From Babesia bigemina (taxonomy: Eukaryota), in the NCBI RefSeq assembly GCF_000981445.1, contig NC_027218.1, positions 372,001 through 436,000 on the forward strand: a stretch of DNA of 64,000 nucleotides, read 5' to 3'. The notes below the pieces were generated by a model, which was given only the letters and a program-made list of their open reading frames with translations, made no database searches and was not told the DNA's origin. Within the stretch, counting starts at the first letter, position 1. Each line of letters opens with the position of its first letter. The translations under genes and the position numbers were made by a program. This document shows, in pieces, positions 25,062 through 38,740 of this stretch.

Positions 25062-28000
25062 TTAAACATTAGAGGTGAACGTATTGACGCCAGAGGGCAC
25101 AACCTGCTGCATTCTACAGTCTTGCAATCTCATTGTCAAGCAGCGTGTCTTGAGTGTGATCCGCTCTTTAAGCTTGTTGGCAATCTGTACCAACGTGTCG
25201 TTCAACGGTATCTCAGCGATTGCGTCAAGTAGGCCTACATGGCGCATGGCGATGCAATTTTGCACCCGCTTAGACAGCTCCATCAAAAGCTCCAGAGCGT
25301 TGACTACGAAATCGTCATCGCGATATACTCTGAGGTTCTGCAAAGTATGCAAGTCAAATATGCAATGATTAACGCACCAGCATGATAGAGCGTATCACGT
25401 GCTTCCCAATTTTAATGTACACAGGGCCCGTCTTAGGCACCTTCTTCAGGCAGAACATAATCTGTGAACATAATAAAAGCGGGAGTGGCACATACCATCA
25501 CCATATGGTTGGGATCACAAGAGCCAATGTGAAATGAGTAAATCATGACTTCCGTTATGAATTCAAGCCTGAACAACGTGTGACTTGAGCGGGTAGCGCT
25601 TACTGGTTGGCTGTCATTCGAAGAAGTTTGTAATTGAAGAGCTGGCCCAAAACGGCCGCAGAGAAGCTCACAATTTCCATATTCCTTCCGTAGTAAGTCT
25701 GTATACACGCTGTACAACGGTAGTTGCGGTTCACGCATACCTCTAGCAGGGAAATGAAGTTACTGATCACCCCTTGACTAATAAACGCCTCCTGATGCTC
25801 AGTAGTCTTGGTGATGTTTACCATGAGCTTCAAGGTAGATATCACTATTTGTTCCTGCAAAATATGTCGACCACTATGCAGCTACAACCTCGCTAGACAA
25901 CATGTTGTCAATCAGAACCGAAGCTACTCCTTGACGGATCATGTGATCCTTGAACGCTCCGGAGTGGAAGCTGAAGTTAGTCAAAATTGCAGTGATGATC
26001 ATCACGACTTTGTAGTTGCCAATGTTTCGACGCAACATGCCAATCAAACACTTTAGCAACGGGAGATAGGAAGCGTCAATGGGTTGCGGTATATCCAGAA
26101 ACTTCTTCAACACGCGCTCTACAATTAGATCCCCACGACACTGCTCTAGTATATCGCTCACAAGGCTCAAGTAGGGGTTGTATTTTCCATCTTGGTGCCG
26201 CAGATCCGCTGCATATTGGTAGATAAAGAACCCCTCCTCGATCATGCGCTTCAAAAAGTTAACGTTGGGTATGAAGCACTCACCGACGTTGCGTAGTGGT
26301 TGAATATGATGGAGTTCCAGCTCACCTGAGACATATCGAAACGGTACGACTCTATAATATTGTTGAGGAGTGAAGAGGAGTAGTCCTCATTGAAGTCGCT
26401 CGAGCGGAAGTGGATGAGATATGCCGTTACTTCGTATAACTTCTGCGGCAGCATTGTTTGCGCAGCCAGCCTTCATACCTTTTTGTAAGCATCATCAGGC
26501 ATAGCGTTGAGGTAACGGGTGAAAATGGCCAGAGAAAGGTGGCTACCCATCAACAACTCGTCGATGCAAATTGCGATGTAATCAGCGAGACGCATGTCAA
26601 AACGGTTCATGAGTTCCCTGCGCTCGGGGCTTTCGTCAACATCACCGATACCGAATACGAGCGCTTTCACGTGATATATATAATCCATTGGGTCGTCACT
26701 TGTTAGGGCCATGGGTTCTTTTATTGCCTGGATCACATGTATATCCACACAGTCACGCGGAAGCAAACGAAGCGCTGATAGTATGAACCCCTTAATGAGT
26801 TTATTATAACTCGGTACGATGCTTCCTTTGCGACTCAAAAAGGCGTGCATGGTATGGTCAAAGCGCAGCGTGTCCAAACGAACTTGGATGAGGTCCTTGT
26901 ACCTACCCACCGTGATTGAAAATCAACATGACATACCATACGTTGTACTCATCCACAGGAGTGAGGGAATTCGCAGTTGTGCACATTTCGTTGTAAATAA
27001 CCGATAAATTTTTGTCTTCTACACCTAGACATAAATGCGCCACTCGAATTAAGCTGACGTACTGCTCAGGGGAACCTCGAAACGCATTGAAATGTCCTGG
27101 CATATATCAAACATCGGCGGAATGTAAAGGCGGCGGAATATAAAATACGCCAGCAGCGATGAGTCGGTCTTTACCAGCACATGGTAGCACGACCACGTTG
27201 CGAGGTCGTTGTTCAGGTTCATGCGCTTGTTGTAATAACCGTCGATCAGCACGTCCGCCAAACTTAAATCGTTCAAAAAACCGCGCGTATACTGGTGGAG
27301 GGTTTGCAGCGATTCCTAAAAGGGATGCGATGCGAATCTGACCGGCCTACCAGGTGCGGCGAGTGCACTGACATGGGCTCACGTATGTTAACGTTGATGG
27401 ACATGCCTCGGCCAACATCTTGCAGCCTAGTCAATCTACCGCTGGTGAATGACGTGTGCTCGAACGAATCGCGCATGAAGAAGAAGTAACCCCTCAAAGT
27501 GACCTTCTTGTAACCTCGAAAGGGCAACAGTGTCCTCTCTCGATCCTCGGTGTCTGAGGAGTCGTTGCTCCCTTCGTCGGAAGAACTTTCCGCTTCCTGC
27601 AGGAACTAAATGCGACATCAGCCAATGGTACCTCATGGTGGCAGCGCATGTGGTCAGCGCCCATGGCAACCTTTATTTTAGCATAGAGATGGGTGTCACT
27701 AGGCGTCGCTATGTCGAGCGACTCCACGGGCAGACTCTGCATGATGTAAAACACTGACAACTCCACCAACCGGGCTATTATTGAAGTGCAGTGTGATCAC
27801 ATTGTTTCTTTTTACCACACGTTTGACGCAGTCGTACAGGAATCTCCCACCCTTCAAGAGACCCCCAAGGGAGCAGGTCACCAGGTGCAGCCCTGCGACA
27901 GTATTAGCGCGTTCAGCTTGTTTCGATGCTATAGTACGGCATTTGTGGTCCACTTTAGTAGTCATACGTCAGTTATTCTGCTTAGTGTGGACACAATCGC

Positions 28001-28188
28001 TCCCAGAATGATAACCAGTAGACATACCTCCATCGGCAACCAGTATGTACGCCTTCCGGTGCTCTGAGCCTTTCTTGATCTTCACCAGCTCGAAGTGACG
28101 CACTCGGTCGGACACCAGGCTGCTAAGTACTTGGAGAAGGTCCTCCATAGCGGCTTAGCGGCGGTCGCCGGTACCGCGCAGCCGCCAT
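25062..28188 (-). CDS. Multi-exon hypothetical protein with armadillo-like helical repeats in the C-terminal half
   Basis: Chain of same-strand ORFs separated by short GT-AG introns; ARM-like segments ITAILTNFSFH..IRQGVASVL and TLKLMVNIT..FISQGVISNF; ends approximate. Confidence 0.6.
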
Positions 28189-28401
28189 AGACAAGCTATT
28201 TATATCATTTGACGGTACACATCGCCGATATTCTATAATATTTAATGCGTACGAGACGCAGTTGGCGTTTGTTAGCACTTTTCTTCTAGCGGGGCGATGT
28301 GCATATTCCATTAATGATGGGAGGATGACCCATGAAATCAGTTGACATTTCGACGCGTTTCCGGTTTATTGCCTTTCCGCATCGTGTTGTGCAATGGTAT
28401 G

Positions 28402-30818
28402 TCACTTCTTTAGGCTCTCTTGATACTCCTTGGCGCACGCTTCCTGATCGGCTGCATTCATGGGCTGGTAGAGCTTGAATTCCATGCTGAACTCGCCCTG
28501 GCCTTTTGTGGCGGCACGAAGGTCAGTGATGTAACCGAACATGTTCCGTAGCGCAACTTCCGCCTGCAGTATGACATTGCTGCCATATGCCGACGTGTCG
28601 GTCACTAGTCCCTTGCGCTTGGTTATCGTCGAAAGCACCGACGCCTGGAACTCGTGCGGGGTCACGACCTCGACCTGCATGATAGGCTCCAAGACGATCG
28701 GACTCGAGTCCAAATAGCTCTCTTCGAAAGCGCCTTTGGCAGCAAGCCGGAATGCGATGTCTGACGAATCCACCTCGTGCGACTGGCCGTCTGTCACCAC
28801 TATGCGTGTATTGACAACCTGGCGCCCACAGATCAGTCCCTTCTTGCAACACTCGCGGAAGCCGTTCTCTATGGATGGCACGTAGTTCGGTGGAATGTCG
28901 TTGCCCACCAGCTTGTTCACGAACTCGACATGCAAGTGGCGGTTGGCCTCCTCGCCGATCGGTTCCATGTACCCGATGATCTTACCGTATTGACCTGCTC
29001 CACCCGACTGCCGTTTGTGTGTGTAGCAGAAGTCGACTCTGCGCGTTACGGTCTCGCGGTAGTTCACTATGGGTGGCCCAGTCTCAACACTTAGGCCGTA
29101 CTCCCGCTTCATGCGCTCGACGTAAATCCCCAGGTGCAGCTCACCCATCCCGCTGAGCACGGTTTCTTTGCTCTCTTCATCTACCGTGATTCTGAACGTC
29201 GGGTCTTCGCGCTTGAAACGGTTGAGCGCCTTGGAGAGGCGTGCCATGTCGCGGGTGTCCACCTTCTTGAGCGCAAGTGACACCACGGGCTCGGGGACGA
29301 AAATGGGCGCCATGGTAAGTTGTAATCGGCCGTCGGTAAACGTCACTCCGGAGTTGCACTTGAGCCCAGAAATGGCAACTATTTCACCGCTGCACGCCTC
29401 AGACACGTCCTCGGTATCGCTGGCGTGCATCTTGAACAGCTTCTTCGTGGAGTGCTTCTTGCCCTCCTCCACCAGGTACAGCTGCTGGCCACGGCGCAGT
29501 GTCCCCTGATAGATACGCAAAAATGTCAGCTGTCCCATGGGGCTATCTTGTATCTTGAAGGCGTAGGCGACCAATGGTTGTTTGTGGCTGCCGTCCAGCG
29601 CATCCGTCTTTTCGTCATTCAGATAACCGCACTGTTCTATATCGGCCGGCGAGGGTAGGTAGTGGCAAACCGCATCGAGAGCCAACTGGGCGCCTTTGTT
29701 CCCCTTGGCGGAACCCATGAGAAGCGGGTATGCTTTGTGAGACAGGCAGCAGCGTCGGATAGCGTCTCGCATGGAACGCGGCGTATAGGTGTTGTCCAGG
29801 AACTCCGCCGCGAACTCGTCGTCTAGGTCGGCGAGCTTCTCCAGCAGCGCCGTCTTCTTGGAACGGAGCAGCTCAGCGTATCCGTCGGGCACTTCCTTTT
29901 TAACCACGTGCTGGCCATTGGGGCCCTCAAAGTGGTACGCGCACTCGTCGATGACGTCAACTACGCCTTCGAAGCGATTGGCAAGGCCTATCGGCACCTG
30001 CAGTTCAAGCAGGTCGATGTTCAGTTTTTGGCGAATAAGCCCGATGACCCGCTCTGGGTCTGCGCCGTCACGATCCATCTTGTTGAGGAAGACAATCCGC
30101 GGGATTTTGTAACGGTCCATTTGCATGTTCACCGTCAGTGTTTGCGATTGAACCCCGGCCACAGCGCAGCACAGCAATATCGCACCGTCCAGAACGCGCA
30201 GCGCCCGCTCCACCTCTATGGTGAAGTCGACGTGTCCCGGGGTGTCAATGATGTTCACCATGTAGTCGACGGAACTCTCACCTGCAGCGCCTTCCACCGA
30301 CCACCTGAAGTTTGTCACGGCAGATTGAATCGTGATGCCGCGCTCACGTTCAAGGTCCATGGAATCCATCTTGGCCCCCACGCCGTCGTTCCCACGGACC
30401 TCGTGAATCGCAGCAATGCGACCGGAGTAGAACAGGATGCGCTCGGTCAGCGTAGTCTTGCCCGAATCTATGTGGGCGCTGATGCCGATGTTGCGTATCC
30501 TTTCAATGTTGTAATGGCCATCGCCAGTGTTGAAGCAGCGGTGCCACACCCTGCATCGACCCTGCAAAAAGAATGAGCTGACTGTGAGCTTACAAACCTC
30601 GCATGCGGTATCCAATCCATGCTTCGCTGTAACTTTGCCGGATCTCGTTGGTTTGATCGCAAGAAGGCTGGAGAAACGGCGTGTAGACATGTGTCCGGGC
30701 TGACGCAGGTCAAAGTAAACAGGAAAACACAAACCTCTAGTCCTGCCGACATTCCGAGAAGTTCGGAATGCACAGCTTTGCTAAACAGCCGCGAAGTTAG
30801 CGTGTATAGAGCGCTCAT
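28402..30818 (-). CDS. GFM1: Elongation factor G, mitochondrial type
   Basis: RNIGISAHIDSGKTT, RERGITI, DTPGHVDF, NKMD, HKRQSGGAGQY, LRAATKGQGEFSM; presequence-like N-terminal exons from ATG 30818. Confidence 0.93.
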
Positions 30819-31556
30819 GGTGGTTGCATAGAGTCGAGTCAATACAGAAGCCCAGCGAAGTTGATCGGCTAGCGTGAGACCAAGTGCAATGTCTATCTAT
30901 GATCCACCTAACGCGTCGTCATGTTTAGATATAATAAATTCACTGCAGTGTGTAACTCGGGTGGTCTCTGGATTAGAACGTTCACGCGCAGATTCCAAGG
31001 TAGGGAATCGCGCTTACTCGCCACAGGAGCGTACACGGGGTAAAGATGGATATATAGTCCATGTTATCACTGCTATTAGTGCGATTGTCTAATGCCGCGG
31101 AGGGAAAAGCTCGCTGCGCTCCGCTTGCGGTGTTTGACACTTTTGCGCGGACGTAAATCGCTTGCTGGCATGACTCCACGCCAATCGCTGCGCCTGCGTT
31201 GCGATGCAACGCCGTGTCGACGAAGATGGGGCCATGCGTTGTACGTGCAATACTGATTTTATATCTCCAACATGGCTTGCTTTGCGCTGCCTTGCATCCG
31301 TGAAGATGTCGGCGGTGAACCGCATCAGTTAGGCATAACAATTTCCAGACATTTAACCACGACATAGGCGAGTGAAGCGCACGCTCTAAATGATGCAACA
31401 CTTTTCCAACCCGTGCTTCGTGGCAGCCTGCGCCTGCCAACAATGCAGCACATCAGCACCGATATCGAAGCAAGGCACAACGCAGGGTTGACGCCGCACG
31501 CTGGGCATTAAATGTAGTACTTCAAAGAATCACGACGGTGATGAATACGTTCTGCG

Positions 31557-32798
31557 TCACGCCTTGCGGGCCTTCTTGTTAGCGCCCTGCTCCCTGAGGG
31601 ACCGCTCTATTTCGCGCACGGCTTTCGAAATCTGATCTATCTTTTCCTCTTGGTTGAAAGAACCAGCGGGGTACATCTTCATTATGGGCGTCATCCTGCC
31701 GATGGAGTCAAACAGCAGTTTCTCGTAAAGCGATGTGTACAAGTTGTTGAACCGGGATTCAGATATCCCGTAGAACAATTCGCTTGCTTCGGGTGCCATC
31801 TTGTGGCACCTGCACGGCACTTTGGGGTTGTCGTTGTGCGGCTCGTTGAACCCGTAAGCCTCATAATGCTTAGACAGCAGCATCTCCTTTTCGATGAACG
31901 AGATGCACTCGCGCGGAAACGTCACCAGCATGCTTTGGTATATGGATACAAGCTTGTTGCTTTTCGTGTAACGCCGGTTGGGTAAGTTGATCTGGTAGGC
32001 GTGCGCGAAAATGCGCAACACCAGCGTTTTCAGCAAGATTCGCACGTCTGATCGCTGTGCAACCGAGCGGTTCAACCATATGGCCTGAATACTGCGTTCG
32101 TGTTCGTCATAAACTTCAATAATACCGCCGGCTAACGGCACAACTCCCGAGGATGAACCACTCCTGGCGGCAAGCATAATGATGCAGCCTTTCATATCTT
32201 CCGAGTCCAGACGCTCAACTATGCGATTGACCGTAAAAAATGGCGAATTCGCATCATCCACAGGAAGGTCGTAATCCAGTTTTAACGTGAGAGATTCGTT
32301 TGTGTTCTCACCCAAACCTATGTCGGATGAAATCGAATCCTTGCGCGTCTGCACGGAACATATCCTCATTTCACGAGGTGACGCAGCGTTCCCCGACGTA
32401 TCTTCGCTATGGTACACAGTTCCATTGCTGTTGCGGTGTACTAGCCTGTTGTCGGACTTGTCAAGGCCATCTGCCCTTAGGGCATCAGCTATACTGGTGT
32501 CTGTGGATGCGGTCGAATCCGTTTTGGTGGGTCCGATAGGTGTCACCTTACTGCCTGCGGCATCGACGCTGTGCTTATCGTCACCATCAACCGATACTTT
32601 GCCACTCTCAGCAACGGTAACTGTGCGGTTGTTGCCCAGTATCTTCTGCATTATTTTACGTTTGTTTCGGGCTGCAGTCTTGCAGTTCATCGGCAGCACC
32701 AAAGCGTAGGGCTGCAGGTCCATCAAATGGAAGACGATATTCGTCGCATTTACCAGACGGTGTGTGATGGCGTTCTGCGACATTTTGAATGAGCTCAC
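31557..32798 (-). CDS. Hypothetical protein (last exon, 413 aa), possible divergent GNAT-like fold
   Basis: Long ORF; upstream exons probably extend toward about 33.2 kb but were not resolved. Confidence 0.65.
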   Translation of the reverse strand: MSSFKMSQNAITHRLVNATNIVFHLMDLQPYALVLPMNCKTAARNKRKIMQKILGNNRTVTVAESGKVSVDGDDKHSVDAAGSKVTPIGPTKTDSTASTDTSIADALRADGLDKSDNRLVHRNSNGTVYHSEDTSGNAASPREMRICSVQTRKDSISSDIGLGENTNESLTLKLDYDLPVDDANSPFFTVNRIVERLDSEDMKGCIIMLAARSGSSSGVVPLAGGIIEVYDEHERSIQAIWLNRSVAQRSDVRILLKTLVLRIFAHAYQINLPNRRYTKSNKLVSIYQSMLVTFPRECISFIEKEMLLSKHYEAYGFNEPHNDNPKVPCRCHKMAPEASELFYGISESRFNNLYTSLYEKLLFDSIGRMTPIMKMYPAGSFNQEEKIDQISKAVREIERSLREQGANKKARKA

Positions 32799-34001
32799 TT
32801 AAACAATGCCTGCTGTAGCTCACTTAGCGCTAGTCGGATGATGACCGGCGACGCTCATGCGATACACTTGAATTGGCGTTTAGCTTTCCCCAATTACTCG
32901 CACGATTACTGAAACACCACCTCGTCCTCCTTTGTTGCGGCGGAAGACAAACCTAAAGATAAAGCGGAAGGCTTCGCAACTGCGTTGTTCAAATGTCGAC
33001 GGATTCAAGCTGGTGATATCAAAAAGAACACAACCAACTGTTACCCCTAATTAACTGCATAACAAAATGTTACCTTGACACTCAGACGTTCTTCCATACA
33101 ACTGGTCCGGCGTGCCTAGATGAAACGCCAACGAGGTAGGCCAGTGGTGGCGGGTGTTTCAGTGCCTCAACAGAAGCAGACATAGAGCAAAATGATACTT
33201 CAAAGGCGCCGTGCCACCGCAACAAACCTGAAAGCTTACCCCGGCCCAGAAACTTGGGAAGACCGCCGTCCTTAGAACGACACGATCACAGGCATAAAAC
33301 AAGGATTCCCGACGTCAATGCCACATTACCAGGCATTAATTTAGAGAAGACTTCAATACGCTCATCGGAAATAAATCTGTGAACACCAAGTTGATTTTCA
33401 GTGGGTAACTTCCCCAAACACTTCACACAACACCCGAGATCTAGGGGGAGCAGAAAACTTAACCTGTGTCTTCTACTCAAAAAAATCATTACATACATGA
33501 ATTGCACTTATCCTATTTTTTGGAGTGGGACCTTATAGCATTTCGGTTGCGCATATGACAGTGTGTACGCGCGTCCGCTCAGAACACCCAGCTACCCATA
33601 ACCCGAATTATACCGGCAAGCTTCGCCACACTCGCGACAACACGTAGTGTTACTATCACTTCATAATTCAGCCACCGCTCTATTATGTTGTTAATGCCGT
33701 ATGCCACCTAGACACGTGTCACGTATGCTACGTGATTGTGGTTTCCCGACAGCCTAGCATGGAATACGAGTTGTACGTGCTCTGCAACGTCATAGGTGGG
33801 TTACGTACATGAAGTGGCGTATTTCCAACGCCCTTTGGTGCATATTGGTGGATGGCGGTATGGGCGACGTCTTACCGAGGCCGCTTTCAAACGGATCGAA
33901 TTATCAGTAACGTTCATTGACTATCAGGCGCGCTTGTTGTAGTTTTGATCATGTGCAAACACTGTTATCAACGGTGCCAAAGGAGCGGCTGAGCGACGAG
34001 T

Positions 34002-34463
34002 ATGAAGGCTGACAAAACGTACGACAACGTAGTCAAGGGGAGCCTCAAAATAAAGGGGAAAGCCATCACCAAAAAGAAGAAAACCGTAGACGTCGAGGTT
34101 ACGAAGCCGAAGGACGTAATAGTCGTTGAGAAGACTCAAACTGAACCACAAGTTGTACCTGATGACGACTTACAGAAAAAAATCCAGCGAGGTAGGCTTT
34201 TGCAGTAATTCGCATCACTGCCGACAGTGAGTCATACACATGCAGTTATAGCGAACGATTCGCTAACGCCAAGCGAAAAAACGTTCCGCATTGTACAACT
34301 CCAAAGGAACGCCAAGAAGATTGAGGATCAGCTCAAGAAAACTCACCGGGAGAGGGTGGAGATCTTTAATCAAAAGCTATCCAAACTATCGCCGCGTTAG
34401 TAAAGCCTGTATAATGTTCACGTTATGACAGATTTTGACATCCCTAAGGTCGGGCCAGGTTGA
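34002..34463 (+). CDS. FAM32A: FAM32A/DUF1754 family protein, multi-exon
   Basis: [13 protein letters not shown] at the start; [16 protein letters not shown] and terminal DIPKVGPG. Confidence 0.85.
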
Positions 34464-34581
34464 TCTTCTGTGATACCCGTTATTAAAAGAAGAGTACTTT
34501 GCAGTCTATAACAGCGCTTATCTGCAATTTAAACATTCGGTGTACGTGGCGCTATTTGGAGTCACACGAAAAGTCGGCAAA

Positions 34582-36014
34582 ATGTCTACCGCAACGTTCC
34601 TGGGGACACCCCTCTCGAAATACGAGATTGATGATATTGGTACGTTGCTTTGCGGTGTTTTAGCGTATATTTGGGTTGTATATTCGTGGTTTGTTGCATG
34701 ATACTGGTGTGGCTCTCTTCAGTGCTTAAGATGATAGCATCCCGCACGTTTGGCTATCTTCCGAGCGTATGTTCTCAGTGGCCTTGATACTAGGTGCAAT
34801 ACTGGTCCCTGACAAAATTGTGGTCGCACCTTGTAACCATACATTCCATTGAAAGCATTTTTGTATGCAAGGTAAACCGGTTGTTTCTGACCATCCTATC
34901 GGATGCTCAGCAAATAACATTTCATGTTTGGCTGCATTCGTCGTTGTAATACCAACGGCACATCTTTAGTCAACAATCATCAATATTCAGAAACCGACCT
35001 GGTGCACAAACGCGCCCAGAATTTCGAGAAATCCAAGGAACTTAAGTACAGACAGAATCGTGAGCAGATCAAACGTAACCAAATAATAACCCACTACACG
35101 GTAGACACAGCTGAAGGTGGGTCATTTTTATCTTTTTGTATGATCGTCGAATGAGCCACGGGCCACGTGGAATACCCGTAGAATCTCAATTATGACACCT
35201 CGCTACAGGATTTGTGCCTGCAAACTTCAAGTCATCCAAAACGAACCGTGCCTCCTACAAGCAGCAGGAAGTGAGCACATTCACGGATCTGGAAGATGCA
35301 GAAATCACGACCAAAAACACTCTTAAAGCTATTAAAATCGATCGAATCGGGTTACGGAGAAATGTTGCAACCATACTAGCTACGCTGGGATTCATGGGAA
35401 AGAAGCGCTTTATAGGCCCCATTAACATACATGCGCCACAAACGAGAATCTCATCAAGCCTTGAAGGCGTGGGTTTTACATTCGACGTGGACAAGGGTGT
35501 CGGAAAGTTGCAATTCGTTAATGCAACAAATGATGACTACGGACCCCAATGGCGGCATCACGCTATACAACGCAGTACCGAACAAATGGCAAGCCTTGAG
35601 GGGGCTGAAAATTACCATGTTAGTCCAACACTTAAGGATGGAAATGCAAAGGAAACGGCCGCCGTATCGAGGCATGTGCAAGACCGCCAGTTCGACTTGG
35701 CTGAGATACAATTCTATTACCAGCACCTTTACAACCTTATCGTGAAGCCTATGGAGGTCACAGACGATCTAGTCGAGAAAATCGAGAAGGGTATAGAGTT
35801 CGCATCTGAAGGTATAGCTAAGGAAAAGGTTGTGGAAACCGGCAGGAAGGTGGAACTTTACACCTTCGACGACGAGCTTCTCCAAAAATTCAGAATCAGA
35901 ACCAAACGGACGAAAGACGATTCGGCCAATATTGGAGGCCACAAAATGGACGATGGAACAGCTCCTACGGCGAAACTTCCTTCGGAGCTGTTCCGTAGAA
36001 TATTTGGCAAATAG
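34582..36014 (+). CDS. Hypothetical protein, multi-exon
   Basis: ATG at 34582 with GT donor near 34640; exons in ORFs 34924-35154 and 35214-36014 joined by GT-AG introns. Confidence 0.6.
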
Positions 36015-36368
36015 GTGAGTAAAATACAGCATGTCTATTGCTACACATGGACTTTTAGAGAGCAACAGCCCCATGAAGCTTTAATGTAACCAATATGTAT
36101 TGGTGAAGACATCGTCAATTAAAATTTTAGCATCTACGCATGTTTTTCAATTCTTGGCTGTAGCGCCGTTATAAAATGTGGAAAACTTTTGCACCTACCG
36201 TACGAGCTGTTTTGAAGGTAAAAACTTTCTACTTGACGGTTGCACTGATTTCGTTTCCAGCTGACGTGTAGGCAAATATTAGATGTATCCGAATATTCCT
36301 GTGCTGTAGTTGTGCGAAATGCCCAAGAGAATCTACCATGTGCGCCCAATGTAAATGGTCAGATATTG

Positions 36369-37112
36369 TCATACTGAATCATAGGAATCAAGTGTTGTCT
36401 GGGCGAGAAAACAACACGATGCTACTATAGACGATTGCTTGCCCTTCAAAAACTTCGCTAGAGAGTCGGTTGACGTCAAAGAACGTTTAGCACTTCGTGG
36501 TGGAGTTTTGAATGCCTCGAATGTTTCGGGGCTCGGCATCAAAGGAGGTTGAATTATCAGCGCGCAGTATGTTGTGGGATTTATCTTGGGTCTGATAGGC
36601 ACGAAGTTCGCATTAAAAGTGAAATGCACTTTTTGGCCTCTCGGTGCATTTACAGCGGTGCTCCATCCGAAAAAGCTTCCCTTATTTTCACGTGTCAAGC
36701 TCTCAGGGTTCTGATATCCAACAAGAACGGAATTGAATAAACCGCGCACTCCTCTAATTTCAATTACGGGAGACGTTGTAGAATCCATGTTTTCAGTAAC
36801 TTTGCACTTGACGGTTAACGGTTTTAGAGGGTTGTATTGCATTGGCGCCACTGGTGCTACAGGCGGCCCGGCAACAGGAGTAGGTGCTGTGACCGGAACA
36901 GCATATGATGAATCTGTTTTGGGCTTATCGGCACTGCTGTAGGACCGACGGGTAACTGTGCTACCACGTACCAAAGGTCCTTTGGCTTTGCTGCGGTCAT
37001 ACCGCAGCCTATCGGAGGGAAGCCTCACATTACCGGGAGTAGCATTTCCTGCGCCGATGAGGAGGCAAAACATAACTATCTCTATTGCAAAGTGTATGAT
37101 GGGCGTCTTCAT
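36369..37112 (-). CDS. Secreted hypothetical protein, 247 aa, possible degenerate PEBP fold
   Basis: Signal-peptide-like MKTPIIHFAIEIVMFCLLIGAGNA; Pro/Ala/Val linker; single exon. Confidence 0.75.
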   Translation of the reverse strand: MKTPIIHFAIEIVMFCLLIGAGNATPGNVRLPSDRLRYDRSKAKGPLVRGSTVTRRSYSSADKPKTDSSYAVPVTAPTPVAGPPVAPVAPMQYNPLKPLTVKCKVTENMDSTTSPVIEIRGVRGLFNSVLVGYQNPESLTRENKGSFFGWSTAVNAPRGQKVHFTFNANFVPIRPKINPTTYCALIIQPPLMPSPETFEAFKTPPRSAKRSLTSTDSLAKFLKGKQSSIVASCCFLAQTTLDSYDSV

Positions 37113-37383
37113 GGCTGCAGTTGTGACCTGAACTCAATGAAACTCTACCTTTCCTTGTCGCGATGTAAGCCGGGATTATTTATCACCAGCCCGTTATCAT
37201 AATGACCGACACGCTCGAGTTATCCGAATGCTATGTTTAGACCGATTATAACATTATAAAACGCAAAGTTCAATTGTGACTCTGATAGCCAGTGTGACGA
37301 AAGATACGCATCTGTGTTGAGAATTTTCGACCGTCGATCTTTATCACAAGATCCGATGATTATTAATGGTATATTCGTACCAT

Positions 37384-38740
37384 CTATGATGCTACGTCGG
37401 TCTTGAAAGTTAGGTCCTTTCCGGCAATTATACCAGCCAGAACCAGTGTGCCATAGGGCACTGATCGCTTGAAGAACTTTAAGCAACTATTCGAGTTGTC
37501 GAGATCCACTACATTTATTTGACGAATCATCCACATGTGTGACAATGCGATAAACCCATAGAACCATTCCTGAACCCTTTGTGGCGCATAGTGGTCAACA
37601 ATACCTTTAGGTCGGCGTTATACCCCGCAGCGGCAATGAGGAGTGACATTAGCACAGCGCTTATCTTACAATTACGCTTGGTCGCATCACCCCTGCAGGC
37701 GTTTAAATGTTATGGTTAAAACTTGCCATAATAGAGCCATCGATTTAACGCCGATCTTCCTGTCATACTTCTTATCTTGGTGGGCGTACACGGTGTCGTA
37801 CACGACAGTCCAAAGAGTGGATGCCGTATAAAGGAGAACTGGGGCGATGGTGAAAGGTTGCATAAGCGCCGACCAGGCCTTTGCAATGATAAGAATGTCA
37901 CAAAAAAAGAACCCACTATGAAAACGCTTATGTTGGAGGCCAGGCCCAGGAACACCTGCGGGTAATTCGTGAAGCGCTTCATAAATGGATAGCAGCACGC
38001 TCCTAGTGCGGTTAATATGCCGAGCCGAATGCTGAAAGCAAATTGGTCTTGCAGTATGCGCACTTACGTGTTGAGGTCAAATTGCATCAAAACTGCTAGG
38101 CCCAGGCTCGCATTGACGGACATAATAGCAACAGCTAAACAAGAGTTACAAAATGCGGATACAGGTAATGCGTACCCGATGTAGTGGAAATCTGCCCGGC
38201 TGCTAGTGGTCTTGTTTTTGTCCTTTCAACATGCCTGTCTATATTGCGATCTGCCAAATCGTTTACGCAACAGCCTGCAGTCCTCGCGAAGAATGCTCCC
38301 AAGCAAAACAGCGCCATTTTTTTCATTTCCTCTAGGCCGAATACAGGAGGTAATGCCATAAATGCACTCCACATGGCAGGGTAGCAAAAAATTGCAACCG
38401 GCGTTAAAGCCTGGTATCGCATTAGCCTGCAATATACCGCAATTCGGTCGCGCATAGGACGATCATCCGGCCGTGCCGCTGGCAGATTGACACTATTAAC
38501 GGAGACGTAACGTTTGCTCTCAAGCGAGCGTGCGAAATCGCGATCTCCCAGGGAGGAAGGTAACGGTTTTGCCCAAACACATCGTGAGTTATTCCTGTAA
38601 GAATGACCCCTATGTACGATGGCGAATGTATAGAACAAGCCGTGCTGATGAAATGGATGTCGACGCAATTGTTTTAACGCAAACGAGCATATTAATTTTT
38701 GCGATAATATACCGCTTGTATGCGAATAAAGTGGATGCAT
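37384..38740 (-). CDS. COQ2: 4-hydroxybenzoate polyprenyltransferase (UbiA/COQ2), multi-exon
   Basis: RTAGCCVNDLADRNIDRHVERTKTRPLAAG, YPFMKRFTNYPQVFLG, YDTVYAHQDKKYD..IGVKS. Confidence 0.93.

Noticed and set aside
29908..30576. Long antisense ORFs opposite EF-G and other GC-rich genes (also 1318-1992)
   Set aside because: Shadow ORFs expected from codon bias of the real gene
30874..31443. Short ORFs between EF-G and the 413-aa gene
   Set aside because: No homology cues; may be UTR or promoter sequence
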